Shown here piece by piece: positions 11,888 through 27,100 of a DNA stretch of 64,000 nucleotides (position 1 is the first letter of the stretch; each line of letters starts with the position of its first letter). Both the position numbers and the translations under genes were made by a program. Source of the DNA: Pristiophorus japonicus (Eukaryota). The DNA lies in NCBI RefSeq assembly GCF_044704955.1, contig NC_091999.1, forward strand, positions 58,094,001 to 58,158,000, in the 5' to 3' direction. Below the pieces are notes generated by a model. It did not search any database. It saw nothing but the letters and a program-made list of their open reading frames with translations, and had not been told where the DNA came from.

Positions 11888-11958
11888 CAGGGGTGTCAAA
11901 CATATGGGCCGCGGGCAGGACACGGCCCCCCAAGCCCCCTTCCTCCAGGCCCTCCGCG
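11888..11958 (+). mobile_element. hAT (Charlie-like) DNA transposon/MITE end
   Basis: CAGGGGTGTCAAACATATGGGCCGCGGGC resembles hAT-Charlie termini; paralog at 50747 is preceded by GGGTAGAT (Charlie target consensus nTCTAGAn); second TIR not seen. Confidence 0.55.
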
Positions 11959-12158
11959 NNNNNNNNNNNNNNNNNNNNNNNNNNNNNNNNNNNNNNNNNN
12001 NNNNNNNNNNNNNNNNNNNNNNNNNNNNNNNNNNNNNNNNNNNNNNNNNNNNNNNNNNNNNNNNNNNNNNNNNNNNNNNNNNNNNNNNNNNNNNNNNNNN
12101 NNNNNNNNNNNNNNNNNNNNNNNNNNNNNNNNNNNNNNNNNNNNNNNNNNNNNNNNNN
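11959..12158. other. Assembly gap (200 N)
   Basis: Run of exactly 200 N, probably a fixed-size scaffolding gap. Confidence 0.99.
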
Positions 12159-15100
12159 ACACTCACTGGTTCCCCTCCCCTGAAGGTGCTGACTCTGGCT
12201 GGGTTCAGTTCTACACTCACTGGTTCCCCTCCCCTGAAGGTGCTGACTCTGGCTCGGTTCAGTTCTACACTCACTGGTTCCCCTCCCCTGAAGGTACTGA
12301 CTCTGGCTGGGTTCAGTTCTACACTCACTGGTTCCCCTCCCCTGAAGGTACTGACTCTGGCTGGGTTCAGTTCTACACTCACTGGTTCCCCTCCCCTGAA
12401 GGTACTGACTCTGGCTGGGTTCAGTTCTACACTCACTGGTTCCCCTCCCCTGAAGGTGCTGACTCTGGCTGGGTTCAGTTCTACACTCACTGGTTCCCCT
12501 CCCCTGAAGGTACCGACTCTGGCTGGGTTCAGTTCTACACTCACTGATTCTCCTCCCCTGAAGGTACTGACTCTGGCTGGGTTCAGTTCTGCACTCACTG
12601 GTTCCCCTCCCCTGAAGGTGCTGACTCTGGCTGGGTTCAGTTCTACACTCACTGGTTCCCATCCCCTGAACGTACTGACTCTGGCTGGGTTCAGTTCTAC
12701 ACTCACTGATTCCCCTCCCCTGAAGGTGCTGACTCTGGCTGGGTTCAGTTCTACACTCACTGGTTCCCCTCCCCTGAAGGTACTGACTCTGGCTGGGTTC
12801 AGTTCTACACTCACTGGTTCCCCTCCCCTGAAGTTGCTGACTCTGGCTGGGTTCAGTTCTACACTCACTGGTTCCCCTCACCTGAAGGTACTGACTCTGG
12901 CTGGGTTCAGTTCTGCACTCACTGGTTCCTCTCCCCTGAAGGTACTGACTCTGGCTGGGTTCAATTCTACACTCACTGGTTCCCCTCCCCTGAAGGTACT
13001 GACTCTGGCTGGGTTCAGTTCTACACTCACTGGTTCCCATCCCCTGAAGGTACTGACTCTGGCTGGGTTCAGTTCTACACTCACTGGTTCCCCTCCCCTG
13101 AAGGTACTGACTCTGGCTGGGTTCAGTTCTACACTCACTGGTTCTCCTCCCCTGAAGGTACTGACTCTGGCTGGGTTCAGTTCTACACTCACTGGTTCCC
13201 CTCCCCTGAAGGTACTGACTCTGGCTGGGTTCAGTTCTACACTCACTGGTTCCCCTCCCCTGAAGGTCCTGACTCTGGCTGGGTTCAGTTCTACACTCAC
13301 TGGTTCCCCTCCCCTGAATGTACTGACTCTGGCTGGGTTCAGTTCTACACTCACTGGTTCCCCTCCCCTGAAGGTACTGACTCTGGCTGGGTTCAGTTCT
13401 ACACTCACTGGTTCCCCTCCCCTGAAGGTACTGACTCTGGCTGGGTTCAGTTCTACACTCACTGGTTCCCCTCCCCTGAAGGTACTGACTCTGGCTGGGT
13501 TCAGTTCTACACTCACTGGTTCCACTCCCCTGAAGGTACTGACTGTGGCTGGGTTCAGTTCTACACTCACTGGTTCTCCTCCCCTGAAGGTACTGGCTCT
13601 GGCTGGGTTCAGTTCTACACTCATTGGTTCCCATCCCCTGAAGGTACTGACTCTGGCTGGGTTCAGTTCTACACTCACTGGTTCCCCTCCTCTGAAGGTA
13701 CTGACTCTGGCTGGGTTCAGTTCTACACTCACTGGTTCCCCTCCCCTGAAGGTCCTGACTCTGGCTGGGTTCAGTTCTACACTCACTGGTTCCCCTCCCC
13801 TGAATGTACTGACTCTGGCTGGGTTCAGTTCTACACTCACTGGTTCCCCTCCCCTGAAGGTACTGACTCTGGCTGGGTTCAGTTCTACACTCACTGGTTC
13901 CCCTCCCCTGAAGGTACTGACTGTGGCTGGGTTCAGTTCTGCACTCACTGGTTCCCCTCCCCTGAAGGTGCTGACTCTGGCTGGGTTCAGTTCGACACTC
14001 ACTGGTTCCCCTTCCCTGAAGGTGCTGACTCTGGCTGGGTTCAGTTCTACACTCACTGGTTCCCCTCCCCTGAAGGTACTGACTCTGGCTGGGTTCAGTT
14101 CTACACTCTCTGGTTCCCCTCCCCTGAAGGTACTGACTCTGGCTGGGTTCAGTTCTACATGCACTGGTTCCCCTCCCCTGAAGGTACTGACCCTGGCTGG
14201 GTTCAGTTCTACACTCACTGGTTCCCCTCCCCTGAAAGGTACTAACTCTGGCTGGGATCAGTTCTACACTCTCTGGTTCCCCTCCCCTGAAGGTACTGAC
14301 TCTGGCTGGGTTCAGTTCTGCACTCACTGGTTCACCTCCCCTGAAGGTACTGACTCTGGCTGGGTTCAGTTCTACACTCTCTGGTTCCCCTCCCCTAAAA
14401 GTACTGACTCTGGCTGGGTTCAGTTCTGCACTCACTGGTTCCCCTCCCCTGAAGCTGCTGACTCTGGCTGGGTTCAGTTCTACACTCACTGGTTCCCCTC
14501 CCCTGAAGGTACTGATTCTGGCTGGGTTCAATTCTACACTCACTGGTTCCCCTCCCCTGAAGGTACTGACTCTGGCTGGGTTCAGTTCTACACTCACTTG
14601 TTCCCCTCCCCTGAAGGTACTGACTCTGGCTGGGTTCAGTTCTACACTCACTGGTTCCCCTCCCCTGAAGGTACTGACTCTGGCTGGGTTCAGTTCTACA
14701 CTCTCTGGTTCCCCTCCCCTGAAGTTACTGACTCTGGCTGGGTTCAGTTCTACACTCTCTGGTTTCCCTCCCCTGAAGGTACTGACTCTGGCTGGGTTCA
14801 GTTCTGCACTCACTGGTTCCCCTCCCCTGAAGGTGCTGACTCTGGCTGGGTTCAGTTCTACACTCACTGGTTCCCATCCCCTGAACGTACTGACTCTGGC
14901 TGGGTTCAGTTCTACACTCACTGATTCCCCTCTCCTGAAGGTGCTGACTCTGGCTGGGTTCAGTTCTACACTCACTGGTTCCCCTCCCCTGAAGGTACTG
15001 ACTCTGGCTGGGTTCAGTTCTACACTCACTGGTTCCCCTCCCCTGAAGTTGCTGACTCTGGCTGGGTTCAGTTCTACACTCACTGGTTCCCCTCACCTGA

Positions 15101-18100
15101 AGGTACTGACTCTGGCTGGGTTCAGTTCTGCACTCACTGGTTCCTCTCCCCTGAAGGTACTGACTCTGGCTGGGTTCAATTCTACACTCACTGGTTCCCC
15201 TCCCCTGAAGGTACTGACTCTGGCTGGGTTCAGTTCTACACTCACTGGTTCCCATCCCCTGAAGGTACTGACTCTGGCTGGGTTCAGTTCTACACTCACT
15301 GGTTCTCCTCCCCTGAAGGTACTGACTCTGGCTGGGTTCAGTTCTACACTCACTGGTTCCCCTCCCCTGAAGGTACTGACTCTGGCTGGGTTCAGTTCTA
15401 CACTCACTGGTTCCACTCCCCTGACGGTGCTGACACTGGCTGGGTTCAGTTATACACTCACTGGTTCCCCTCCCCTGAAGGTACTGACTCTGGCTGGGTT
15501 CAGTTCTACACTCTCTGGTTCTCCTCCCCTGAAGGAAACTGACTCTGGCTGGGTTCAGTTCTGCACTCACTGGTTCCCCTCCCCTGAAGGTACAGACTCT
15601 GGCTGGGTTCAGTTCTACACTCACTGGTTCCCCTCCCCTGAAGTTACTGACTCTGGCTGGGTTCAGTTCTACACTCACTGGTTCCCCTCCCCTGAAGGTG
15701 CTGACTCTGGCTGGGTTCAGTTCTGCACTCACTGGTTCACCTCCCCTGAAGGTACTGACTCTGGCTGGGTTCAGTTCTACACTCACTGGTTCCCCTCCCC
15801 TGAAGTTGCTGACTCTGGCTGGGTTCAGTTTTACACTCACTGGTTCCCCTCCCCTGAAGGTGCTGACTCTGGCTGGTTTCAGTTCTACACTCACTGGTTC
15901 CCCTCCCCTGAAGGTACTGACTCTGGCTGGGTTCAGTTCTACACTCACTGGTTCCCCTCCCCTGAAGGTACTGACTCTGGCTGGGTTCAGTTCTACACTC
16001 ACTGGTTCCCCTCCCCTGAAAGTACTGACTCTGGCTGGGTTCAGTTCTACACTCACTGGTTCCCCTCCCCTGAAGGTGCTGACTCTGGCTGGGTTCAGTT
16101 CTACACTCACTGGTTCCCCTCCCCTGAAGGTACTGACTCTGGCTGGGTTCAGTTCTACACTCACTGGGTCCACTCCCCTGAAGGTACTGACTCTGGCTGG
16201 GTTCATTTCTACACTCACTGGTTCCACTCCCCTGAAGGTACTGACTCTGGCTAGGTTCAGTTCTACACTCACTGGTTCCCCTCCCCTGAAGGTGCTGACT
16301 CTGGCTGGGTTCAGTTCTACACTCACTGGTTCCCCTCCCCTGAAGGTACTAACTCTGGCTGGGTTCAGTTCTGCACTCACAGATTCCCCTCCCCTGAAGG
16401 TACTGACACTGGCTGGGATCAGTTCTACACTCACTGGTTCCCCTCCCCTGAAGGTACTGACTCTGGCTGGGTTCATTTCTGCACTCTCTGGTTACCCTCC
16501 CCTGAAGGTACTGACTCTGGCTGGGTTCAGTTCTACACTCACTGGTTCCACTCCCCTGAAGGTACTGACTCTGGCTGGGTTCAGTTCTACACTCACTGGT
16601 TCCCCTCCCCTGAAGGTACTGACTCTGGCTGGGTTCAGTTCTACACTCACTGGTTCCCCTCCCCTGAAGGTACTGACTCTGTCTGGGTTCAGTTCTACAC
16701 TCACTGGTTCCCCTCCCCTGAAGGTGCTGACTCTGGCTGGGTTCAGTTCTACACTCACTGGTTCCCCTCCCCTGAAGGTACTGACTCTGGCTGGGTTCAG
16801 TTCTACACTCACTGGTTCTCCTCCCCTGAAGGTACTGACTCTGGCTGGGTTCAGTTCTACACTCACTGGTTCCCCTCCCCTGAAGGTACTGACTCTGGCT
16901 GGGTTCAGTTCTACACTCACTGGTTCCACTCCCCTGACGGTGCTGACACTGGCTGGGTTCAGTTCTACACTCACTGGTTCCCCTCCCCTGAAGGTACTGT
17001 CTCTGGCTGGGTTCAGTTCTACACTCACTGGTTCCCCTCCCCTGAAGGTACTGACTCTGGCTGGGTTCAGTTCTACACTCACTGGTTCCCCTCCCCTGAA
17101 GGTACTGACTCTGGCTGGGTTCAGTTCTACACTCTCTGGTTCTCCTCCCCTGAAGGTACTGACTCTGGCTGGGTTCAGTTCTGCACTCACTGGTTCCCCT
17201 CCCCTGAAGGTACAGACTCTGGCTGGGTTCAGTTCTACACTCACTGGTTCCCCTCCCCTGAAGTTACTGACTCTGGCTGGGTTCAGTTCTACACTCACTG
17301 GTTCCCCTCCCCTGAAGGTGCTGACTCTGGCTGGGTTCAGTTCTCCACTCACTGGTTCCCCTCCCCTGAAGGTACTGACTCTGGCTGGGTTCAGTTCTAC
17401 ACTCACTGGTTCCCCTCCCCTGAAGGTACTGACTCTGGCTGGGTTCAGTTCTACACTCACTGGTTCCCCTCCCCTGAAGGTACTGACTCTGGCTGGGTTC
17501 AGTTCTACACTCACTGGTTCCCCTCCCCTGAAGGTGCTGACTCTGGCTGGGTTCAGTTCTACACTCACTGGTTCCCCTCCCCTGAAGGTACTGACTCTGG
17601 CTGGGTTCAGTTCTACACTCACTGATTCTCCTCCCCTGAAGGTACTGACTCTGGCTGGGTTCAGTTCTGCACTCACTGGTTCCCCTCCCCTGAAGGTACT
17701 GACTCTGGCTGGGTTCAGTTCTACACTCACTGGTTCCCATCCCCTGAACGTACTGACTCTGGCTGGGTTCAGTTCTACACTCACTGATTCCCCTCCCCTG
17801 AAGGTACTGACTCTGGCTGGGTTCAGTTCTACACTCACTGGTTCCCCTCCCCTGAAGGTGCTGACTCTGGCTGGTTTCAGTTCCACACTCACTGGTTCCC
17901 ATCCCCTGAACGTACTGACTCTGGCTGGGTTCAGTTCTACACTCACTGATTCCCCTCCCCTGAAGGTACTGACTCTGGCTGGGTTCAGTTCTACACTCAC
18001 TGGTTCCCCTCCCCTGAAGGTACTGACTCTGGCTGGGTTCAGTTCTACACTCACTGGTTCCCCTCCCCTGAAGTTGCTGACTCTGGCTGGGTTCAGTTCA

Positions 18101-21100
18101 ACACTCACTGGTTCCCCTCACCTGAAGGTGCTGACTCTGGCTGCGTTCAGTTCTACACTCACTGGTTCCTCTCCCCTGAAGGTACTGACTCTGGCTGGGT
18201 TCAATTCTACACTCACTGGTTCCCCTCCCCTGAAGGTACTGACTCTGGCTGGGTTCAGTTCTACACTCACTGGTTCCCATCCCCTGAAGGTACTGACTCT
18301 GGCTGGGTTCAGTTCTACACTCACTGATTCCCCTCCCCTGAAGGTACTGACTCTGGCTGGGTTCAGTTCTACACTCACTGGTTCCCCTCCCCTGAAGGTA
18401 CTGACTCTGGCTGGGTTCAGTTCTACACTCACTGGTTCCCCTCCCCTGAAGGTCCTGACTCTGGCTGGGTTCAGTTCTACACTCACTGGTTCCCCTCCCC
18501 TGAATGTACTGACTCTGGCTGGGTTCAGTTCTACACTCACTGGTTCCCCTCCCCTGAAGTTACTGACTCTGGCTGGGTTCAGTTCTACACTCACTGGTTC
18601 CCCTCCCCTGAAGGTACTGACTCTGGCTGGGTTCAGTTCTACACTCACTGGTTCCCCTCCCCTGAAGGTACTGACTCTGGCTGGGTTCAGTTCTACACTC
18701 ACTGGTTCCCCTCCCCTGAAGGTACTGACTGTGGCTGGGTTCAGTTCTACACTCACTGGTTCCCCTCCCCTGAAGGTACTGACTCTGGCTGGGTTCAGTT
18801 CTGCACTCACTGGTTCCCCTCCACTGAAGGTGCTGACTCTGGCTGGGTTCAGTTCTATACTCACTGGTTCCCCTCCCCTGAAGGTACTGACTCTGGCTGG
18901 GTTCAGTTCGACACTCATTGGTTCCCCTCCCCTGAAGGTGCTGACTCTGGCTGGGTTCAGTTCTACACTCACTGGTTCCCCTCCCCTGAAGGTGCTGACT
19001 CTGGCTGGGTTCAGTTCTACACTCACTGGTTCCCCTCCCCTGAAGGTCCTGACTCTGGCTGGGGTCAGTTCTACACTCACTGGTTCCCCTCCCCTGAATG
19101 TACTGACTCTGGCTGGGTTCAGTTCTACACTCACTGGTTCCCCTCCCCTGAAGGTACTGACTCTGGCTGGGTTCAGTTCTACACTCACTGGTTCCCCTCC
19201 CCTGAAGGTACTGACTGTGGCTGGGTTCAGTTCTACACTCACTGGTTCCCCTCCCCTGAAGGTACTGACTCTGGCTGGGTTCAGTTCTGCACTCACTGGT
19301 TCCCCTCCCCTGAAGGTGCTGACTCTGGCTGGGTTCAGTTCTACACTCACTGGTTCCCCTCCCCTGAAGGTACTGACTCTGGCTGGGTCCAGTTCGACAC
19401 TCATTGGTTCCCCTCCCCTGAAGGTGCTGACTCTGGCTGGGTTCAGTTCTACACTCACTGGTTCCCCTCCCCTGAAGGTACTGATTCTGGCTGGGTTCAA
19501 TTCTACACTCACTGGTTCCCCTCCCCTGAAGGTACTGACTCTGGCTGGGTTCAGTTCTACACTCACTTGTTCCCCTCCCCTGAAGGTACTGACTCTGGCT
19601 GGGTTCAGTTCTACACTCACTGGTTCCCCTCCCCTGAAGGTACTGACTCTGGCTGGGTTCAGTTCTACACTCTCTGGTTCCCCTCCCCTGAAGTTACTGA
19701 CTCTGGCTGGGTTCAGTTCTACACTCTCTGGTTTCCCTCCCCTGAAGGTGCTGACTCTGGCTGGGTTCAGTTCTACACTCACTGGTTCCCATCCCCTGAA
19801 CGTACTGACTCTGGCTGGGTTCAGTTCTACACTCACTGATTCCCCTCCCCTGAAGGTGCTGACTCTGGCTGGGTTCAGTTCTACACTCACTGGTTCCCCT
19901 CCCCTGAAGGTACTGACTCTGGCTGGGTTCAGTTCTACACTCACTGGTTCCCCTCCCCTGAAGTTGCTGACTCTGGCTGGGTTCAGTTCTACACTCACTG
20001 GTTCCCCTCACCTGAAGGTACTGACTCTGGCTGGGTTCAGTTCTGCACTCACTGGTTCCTCTCCCCTGAAGGTACTGACTCTGGCTGGGTTCAATTCTAC
20101 ACTCACTGGTTCCCCTCCCCTGAAGGTACTGACTCTGGCTGGGTTCAGTTCTACACTCACTGGTTCCCATCCCCTGAAGGTACTGACTCTGGCTGGGTTC
20201 AGTTCTACACTCACTGGTTCTCCTCCCCTGAAGGTACTGACTCTGGCTGGGTTCAGTTCTACACTCACTGGTTCCCCTCCCCTGAAGGTACTGACTCTGG
20301 CTGGGTTCAGTTCTACACTCACTGGTTCCACTCCCCTGACGGTGCTGACACTGGCTGGGTTCAGTTCTACACTCACTGGTTCCCCTCCCCTGAAGGTACT
20401 GACTCTGGCTGGGTTCAGTTCTACACTCTCTGGTTCTCCTCCCCTGAAGGAAACTGACTCTGGCTGGGTTCAGTTCTGCACTCACTGGTTCCCCTCCCCT
20501 GAAGGTACAGACTCTGGCTGGGTTCAGTTCTACACTCACTGGTTCCCCTCCCCTGAAGTTACTGACTCTGGCTGGGTTCAGTTCTACACTCACTGGTTCC
20601 CCTCCCCTGAAGGTGCTGACTCTGGCTGGGTTCAGTTCTGCACTCACTGGTTCACCTCCCCTGAAGGTACTGACTCTGGCTGGGTTCAGTTCTACACTCA
20701 CTGGTTCCCCTCCCCTGAAGTTGCTGACTCTGGCTGGGTTCAGTTTTACACTCACTGGTTCCCCTCCCCTGAAGGTGCTGACTCTGGCTGGTTTCAGTTC
20801 TACACTCACTGGTTCCCCTCCCCTGAAGGTACTGACTCTGGCTGGGTTCAGTTCTACACTCACTGGTTCCCCTCCCCTGAAGGTACTGACTCTGGCTGGG
20901 TTCAGTTCTACACTCACTGGTTCCCCTCCCCTGAAAGTACTGACTCTGGCTGGGTTCAGTTCTACACTCACTGGTTCCCCTCCCCTGAAGGTGCTGACTC
21001 TGGCTGGGTTCAGTTCTACACTCACTGGTTCCCCTCCCCTGAAGGTACTGACTCTGGCTGGGTTCAGTTCTACACTCACTGGGTCCACTCCCCTGAAGGT

Positions 21101-24100
21101 ACTGACTCTGGCTGGGTTCATTTCTACACTCACTGGTTCCACTCCCCTGAAGGTACTGACTCTGGCTAGGTTCAGTTCTACACTCACTGGTTCCCCTCCC
21201 CTGAAGGTGCTGACTCTGGCTGGGTTCAGTTCTACACTCACTGGTTCCCCTCCCCTGAAGGTACTAACTCTGGCTGGGTTCAGTTCTGCACTCACAGATT
21301 CCCCTCCCCTGAAGGTACTGACACTGGCTGGGATCAGTTCTACACTCACTGGTTCCCCTCCCCTGAAGGTACTGACTCTGGCTGGGTTCATTTCTGCACT
21401 CTCTGGTTACCCTCCCCTGAAGGTACTGACTCTGGCTGGGTTCAGTTCTACACTCACTGGTTCCACTCCCCTGAAGGTACTGACTCTGGCTGGGTTCAGT
21501 TCTACACTCACTGGTTCCCCTCCCCTGAAGGTACTGACTCTGGCTGGGTTCAGTTCTACACTCACTGGTTCCCCTCCCCTGAAGGTACTGACTCTGTCTG
21601 GGTTCAGTTCTACACTCACTGGTTCCCCTCCCCTGAAGGTGCTGACTCTGGCTGGGTTCAGTTCTACACTCACTGGTTCCCCTCCCCTGAAGGTACTGAC
21701 TCTGGCTGGGTTCAGTTCTACACTCACTGGTTCTCCTCCCCTGAAGGTACTGACTCTGGCTGGGTTCAGTTCTACACTCACTGGTTCCCCTCCCCTGAAG
21801 GTACTGACTCTGGCTGGGTTCAGTTCTACACTCACTGGTTCCACTCCCCTGACGGTGCTGACACTGGCTGGGTTCAGTTCTACACTCACTGGTTCCCCTC
21901 CCCTGAAGGTACTGTCTCTGGCTGGGTTCAGTTCTACACTCACTGGTTCCCCTCCCCTGAAGGTACTGACTCTGGCTGGGTTCAGTTCTACACTCACTGG
22001 TTCCCCTCCCCTGAAGGTACTGACTCTGGCTGGGTTCAGTTCTACACTCTCTGGTTCTCCTCCCCTGAAGGTACTGACTCTGGCTGGGTTCAGTTCTGCA
22101 CTCACTGGTTCCCCTCCCCTGAAGGTACAGACTCTGGCTGGGTTCAGTTCTACACTCACTGGTTCCCCTCCCCTGAAGTTACTGACTCTGGCTGGGTTCA
22201 GTTCTACACTCACTGGTTCCCCTCCCCTGAAGGTGCTGACTCTGGCTGGGTTCAGTTCTCCACTCACTGGTTCCCCTCCCCTGAAGGTACTGACTCTGGC
22301 TGGGTTCAGTTCTACACTCACTGGTTCCCCTCCCCTGAAGGTACTGACTCTGGCTGGGTTCAGTTCTACACTCACTGGTTCCCCTCCCCTGAAGGTACTG
22401 ACTCTGGCTGGGTTCAGTTCTACACTCACTGGTTCCCCTCCCCTGAAGGTGCTGACTCTGGCTGGGTTCAGTTCTACACTCACTGGTTCCCCTCCCCTGA
22501 AGGTACTGACTCTGGCTGGGTTCAGTTCTACACTCACTGATTCTCCTCCCCTGAAGGTACTGACTCTGGCTGGGTTCAGTTCTGCACTCACTGGTTCCCC
22601 TCCCCTGAAGGTACTGACTCTGGCTGGGTTCAGTTCTACACTCACTGGTTCCCATCCCCTGAACGTACTGACTCTGGCTGGGTTCAGTTCTACACTCACT
22701 GATTCCCCTCCCCTGAAGGTACTGACTCTGGCTGGGTTCAGTTCTACACTCACTGGTTCCCCTCCCCTGAAGGTGCTGACTCTGGCTGGTTTCAGTTCCA
22801 CACTCACTGGTTCCCATCCCCTGAACGTACTGACTCTGGCTGGGTTCAGTTCTACACTCACTGATTCCCCTCCCCTGAAGGTACTGACTCTGGCTGGGTT
22901 CAGTTCTACACTCACTGGTTCCCCTCCCCTGAAGGTACTGACTCTGGCTGGGTTCAGTTCTACACTCACTGGTTCCCCTCCCCTGAAGTTGCTGACTCTG
23001 GCTGGGTTCAGTTCAACACTCACTGGTTCCCCTCACCTGAAGGTGCTGACTCTGGCTGCGTTCAGTTCTACACTCACTGGTTCCTCTCCCCTGAAGGTAC
23101 TGACTCTGGCTGGGTTCAATTCTACACTCACTGGTTCCCCTCCCCTGAAGGTACTGACTCTGGCTGGGTTCAGTTCTACACTCACTGGTTCCCCTCCCCT
23201 GAAGGTACTGACTCTGGCTGGGTTCAGTTCTACACTCACTGGTTCCCCTCCCCTGAAGGTACTGACTCTGGCTGGGTTCAGTTCTACACTCACTGGTTCC
23301 CCTCCCCTGAAGGTACTGACTGTGGCTGGGTTCAGTTCTACACTCACTGGTTCCCCTCCCCTGAAGGTACTGACTCTGGCTGGGTTCAGTTCTGCACTCA
23401 CTGGTTCCCCTCCACTGAAGGTGCTGACTCTGGCTGGGTTCAGTTCTATACTCACTGGTTCCCCTCCCCTGAAGGTACTGACTCTGGCTGGGTTCAGTTC
23501 GACACTCATTGGTTCCCCTCCCCTGAAGGTGCTGACTCTGGCTGGGTTCAGTTCTACACTCACTGGTTCCCCTCCCCTGAAGGTGCTGACTCTGGCTGGG
23601 TTCAGTTCTACACTCACTGGTTCCCCTCCCCTGAAGGTACTGACTCTGGCTGGGTTCAGTTCTACACTCACTGGTTCCCCTCCCCTAAAGGTACTGACTG
23701 TGGCTGGGTTCAGTTCTACACTCACTGGTTCCCCTCCCCTGAAGGTACTGACTCTGGCTGGGTTCAGTTCTACACTCACTGGTTCCCCTCCCCTGAAGGT
23801 ACTGACTCTGGCTGGGTTCAGTTCTACACTCACTGGTTCCCCTCCCCTGAAGGTACTGACTGTGGCTGGGTTCAGTTCTACACTCACTGGTTCTCCTCCC
23901 CTGAAGGTACGGACTCTGGCTGGGTTCAGTTCTACACTCACTGGTTCCCCTCCCCTGAAGGTACTGACTCTGGCTGGGTTCAGTTCTACACTCACTGGTT
24001 CCCATCCCCTGAAGGTACTGACTCTGGCTGGGTTCAGTTCTACACTCACTGGTTCCCCTCCCCTGAAGGTACTGACTCTGGCTGGGTTCAGTTCTACACT

Positions 24101-27100
24101 CACTGGTTCCCCTCCCCTGAAGGTCCTGACTCTGGCTGGGGTCAGTTCTACACTCACTGGTTCCCCTCCCCTGAATGTACTGACTCTGGCTGGGTTCAGT
24201 TCTACACTCACTGGTTCCCCTCCCCTGAAGGTACTGACTCTGGCTGGGTTCAGTTCTACACTCACTGGTTCCCCTCCCCTGAAGGTACTGACTGTGGCTG
24301 GGTTCAGTTCTACACTCACTGGTTCCCCTCCCCTGAAGGTACTGACTCTGGCTGGGTTCAGTTCTGCACTCACTGGTTCCCCTCCCCTGAAGGTGCTGAC
24401 TCTGGCTGGGTTCAGTTCTACACTCACTGGTTCCCCTCCCCTGAAGGTACTGACTCTGGCTGGGTCCAGTTCGACACTCATTGGTTCCCCTCCCCTGAAG
24501 GTGCTGACTCTGGCTGGGTTCAGTTCTACACTCACTGGTTCCCCTCCCCTGAAGGTGCTGACTCTGGCTGGGTTCAGTTCTACACTCACTGGTTCCCCTC
24601 CCCTGAAGGTACTGACTCTGGCTGGGTTCAGTTCTACACTCTCTGGTTCCCCTCCCCTGAAGGTACTGAATCTGGCTGAGTTCAGTTCTGCACTCACTGG
24701 TTCCCCTCCCCTGAAGGTACTGACTCTGGCTGGGTTCAGTTCTACACTCACTGGTTCCCCTCCCCTGAAGGTACTGACTCTGGCTGGGTTCAGTTCTATA
24801 CTCACTGGTTCCCCTCCCCTGAAGGTACTGACTCTGGCTGGGTTCAGTTCTACACTCACTGGTTCCCCTCCCCTGAAGGTACTGACTCTGGCTGGGTTCA
24901 GTTCTGCACTCACTGGTTCCCCTCCACTGAAGGTGCTGACTCTGGCTGGGTTCAGTTCTATACTCACTGGTTCCCCTCCCCTGAAGGTACTGACTCTGGC
25001 TGGGTTCAGTTCGACACTCATTGGTTCCCCTCCCCTGAAGGTGCTGACTCTGGCTGGGTTCAGTTCTACACTCACTGGTTCCCCTCCCCTGAAGGTGCTG
25101 ACTCTGGCTGGGTTCAGTTCTACACTCACTGGTTCCCCTCCCCTGAAGGTACTGACTCTGGCTGGGTTCAGTTCTACACTCACTGGTTCCCCTCCCCTAA
25201 AGGTACTGACTGTGGCTGGGTTCAGTTCTACACTCACTGGTTCCCCTCCCCTGAAGGTACTGACTCTGGCTGGGTTCAGTTCTACACTCACTGGTTCCCC
25301 TCCCCTGAAGGTACTGACTCTGGCTGGGTTCAGTTCTACACTCACTGGTTCCCCTCCCCTGAAGGTACTGACTGTGGCTGGGTTCAGTTCTACACTCACT
25401 GGTTCTCCTCCCCTGAAGGTACGGACTCTGGCTGGGTTCAGTTCTACACTCACTGGTTCCCCTCCCCTGAAGGTACTGACTCTGGCTGGGTTCAGTTCTA
25501 CACTCACTGGTTCCCATCCCCTGAAGGTACTGACTCTGGCTGGGTTCAGTTCTACACTCACTGGTTCCCCTCCCCTGAAGGTACTGACTCTGGCTGGGTT
25601 CAGTTCTACACTCACTGGTTCCCCTCCCCTGAAGGTCCTGACTCTGGCTGGGGTCAGTTCTACACTCACTGGTTCCCCTCCCCTGAATGTACTGACTCTG
25701 GCTGGGTTCAGTTCTACACTCACTGGTTCCCCTCCCCTGAAGGTACTGACTCTGGCTGGGTTCAGTTCTACACTCACTGGTTCCCCTCCCCTGAAGGTAC
25801 TGACTGTGGCTGGGTTCAGTTCTACACTCACTGGTTCCCCTCCCCTGAAGGTACTGACTCTGGCTGGGTTCAGTTCTGCACTCACTGGTTCCCCTCCCCT
25901 GAAGGTGCTGACTCTGGCTGGGTTCAGTTCTACACTCACTGGTTCCCCTCCCCTGAAGGTACTGACTCTGGCTGGGTTCAGTTCGACACTCATTGGTTCC
26001 CCTCCCCTGAAGGTGCTGACTCTGGCTGGGTTCAGTTCTACACTCACTGGTTCCCCTCCCCTGAAGGTGCTGACTCTGGCTGGGTTCAGTTCTACACTCA
26101 CTGGTTCCCCTCCCCTGAAGGTACTGACTCTGGCTGGGTTCAGTTCTACACTCTCTGGTTCCCCTCCCCTGAAGGTACTGAATCTGGCTGAGTTCAGTTC
26201 TGCACTCACTGGTTCCCCTCCCCTGAAGGTACTGACTCTGGCTGGGTTCAGTTCTACACTCACTGGTTCCGCTCCCCTGCAGGTACTGACTCTGGCTGGG
26301 TTCAGTTCTATACTCACTGGTTCCCCTCCCCTGAAGGTACTGACTCTGGCTGGGTTCAGTTCTATACTCACTGGTTCCCCTCCCCTGAAGTTGCTGACTC
26401 TGGCTGGGTTCAGTTCTACACTCACTGGTTCCCCTCCCCTGAAGGTACTGACTCTGGCTGGGTTCAGTTCTACACTCACTGGTTCCCCTCCCCTGAAGGT
26501 ACTGACTCTGGCTGGGTTCAGTTCTACACTCACTGGTTCCCCTCCCCTGAAGGTACTGACTCTGGCTGGGTTCAGTTCTACACTCATTGGTTCCCCTCCC
26601 CTGAAGGTACTGACTCTGGCTGGGTTCAGTTCTGCACTCACAGATTCCCCTCCCCTGAAGGTACTGACTCTGGCTGGGATCAGTTCTACACTCACTGGTT
26701 CCCCTCCCCTGAAGGTACTGACTCTGGCTGGGTTCAGTTCTGCACTCTCTGGTTCCCCTCCCCTGAAGGTACTGACTCTGGCTGGGTTCAGTTCTACACT
26801 CACTGGTTCCCCTCCCCTGAAGGTACTGACTCTGGCTGGGTTCAGTTCTACACTCACTGGTTCCCCTCCCCTGAAGGTACTGACTCTGGCTGGTTTCAGT
26901 TCTACACTCACTGGTTCCCCTCCCCTGAAGGTACTGACTCTGTCTGGGTTCAGTTCTACACTCACTGGTTCCCCTCCCCTGAAGGTGCTGACTCTGGCTG
27001 GGTTCAGTTCTACACTCACTGGTTCCCCTCCCCTGAAGGTACTGACTCTGGCTGGGTTCAGTTCTACACTCACTGGTTCTCCTCCCCTGAAGGTACTGAC

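Noticed and set aside
11959-12158. A ~46-kb true palindrome centred on the array
   Set aside because: The arms are on different contigs joined by a fixed 200-N gap, so their relative orientation and distance are not established; arms are about 10% diverged
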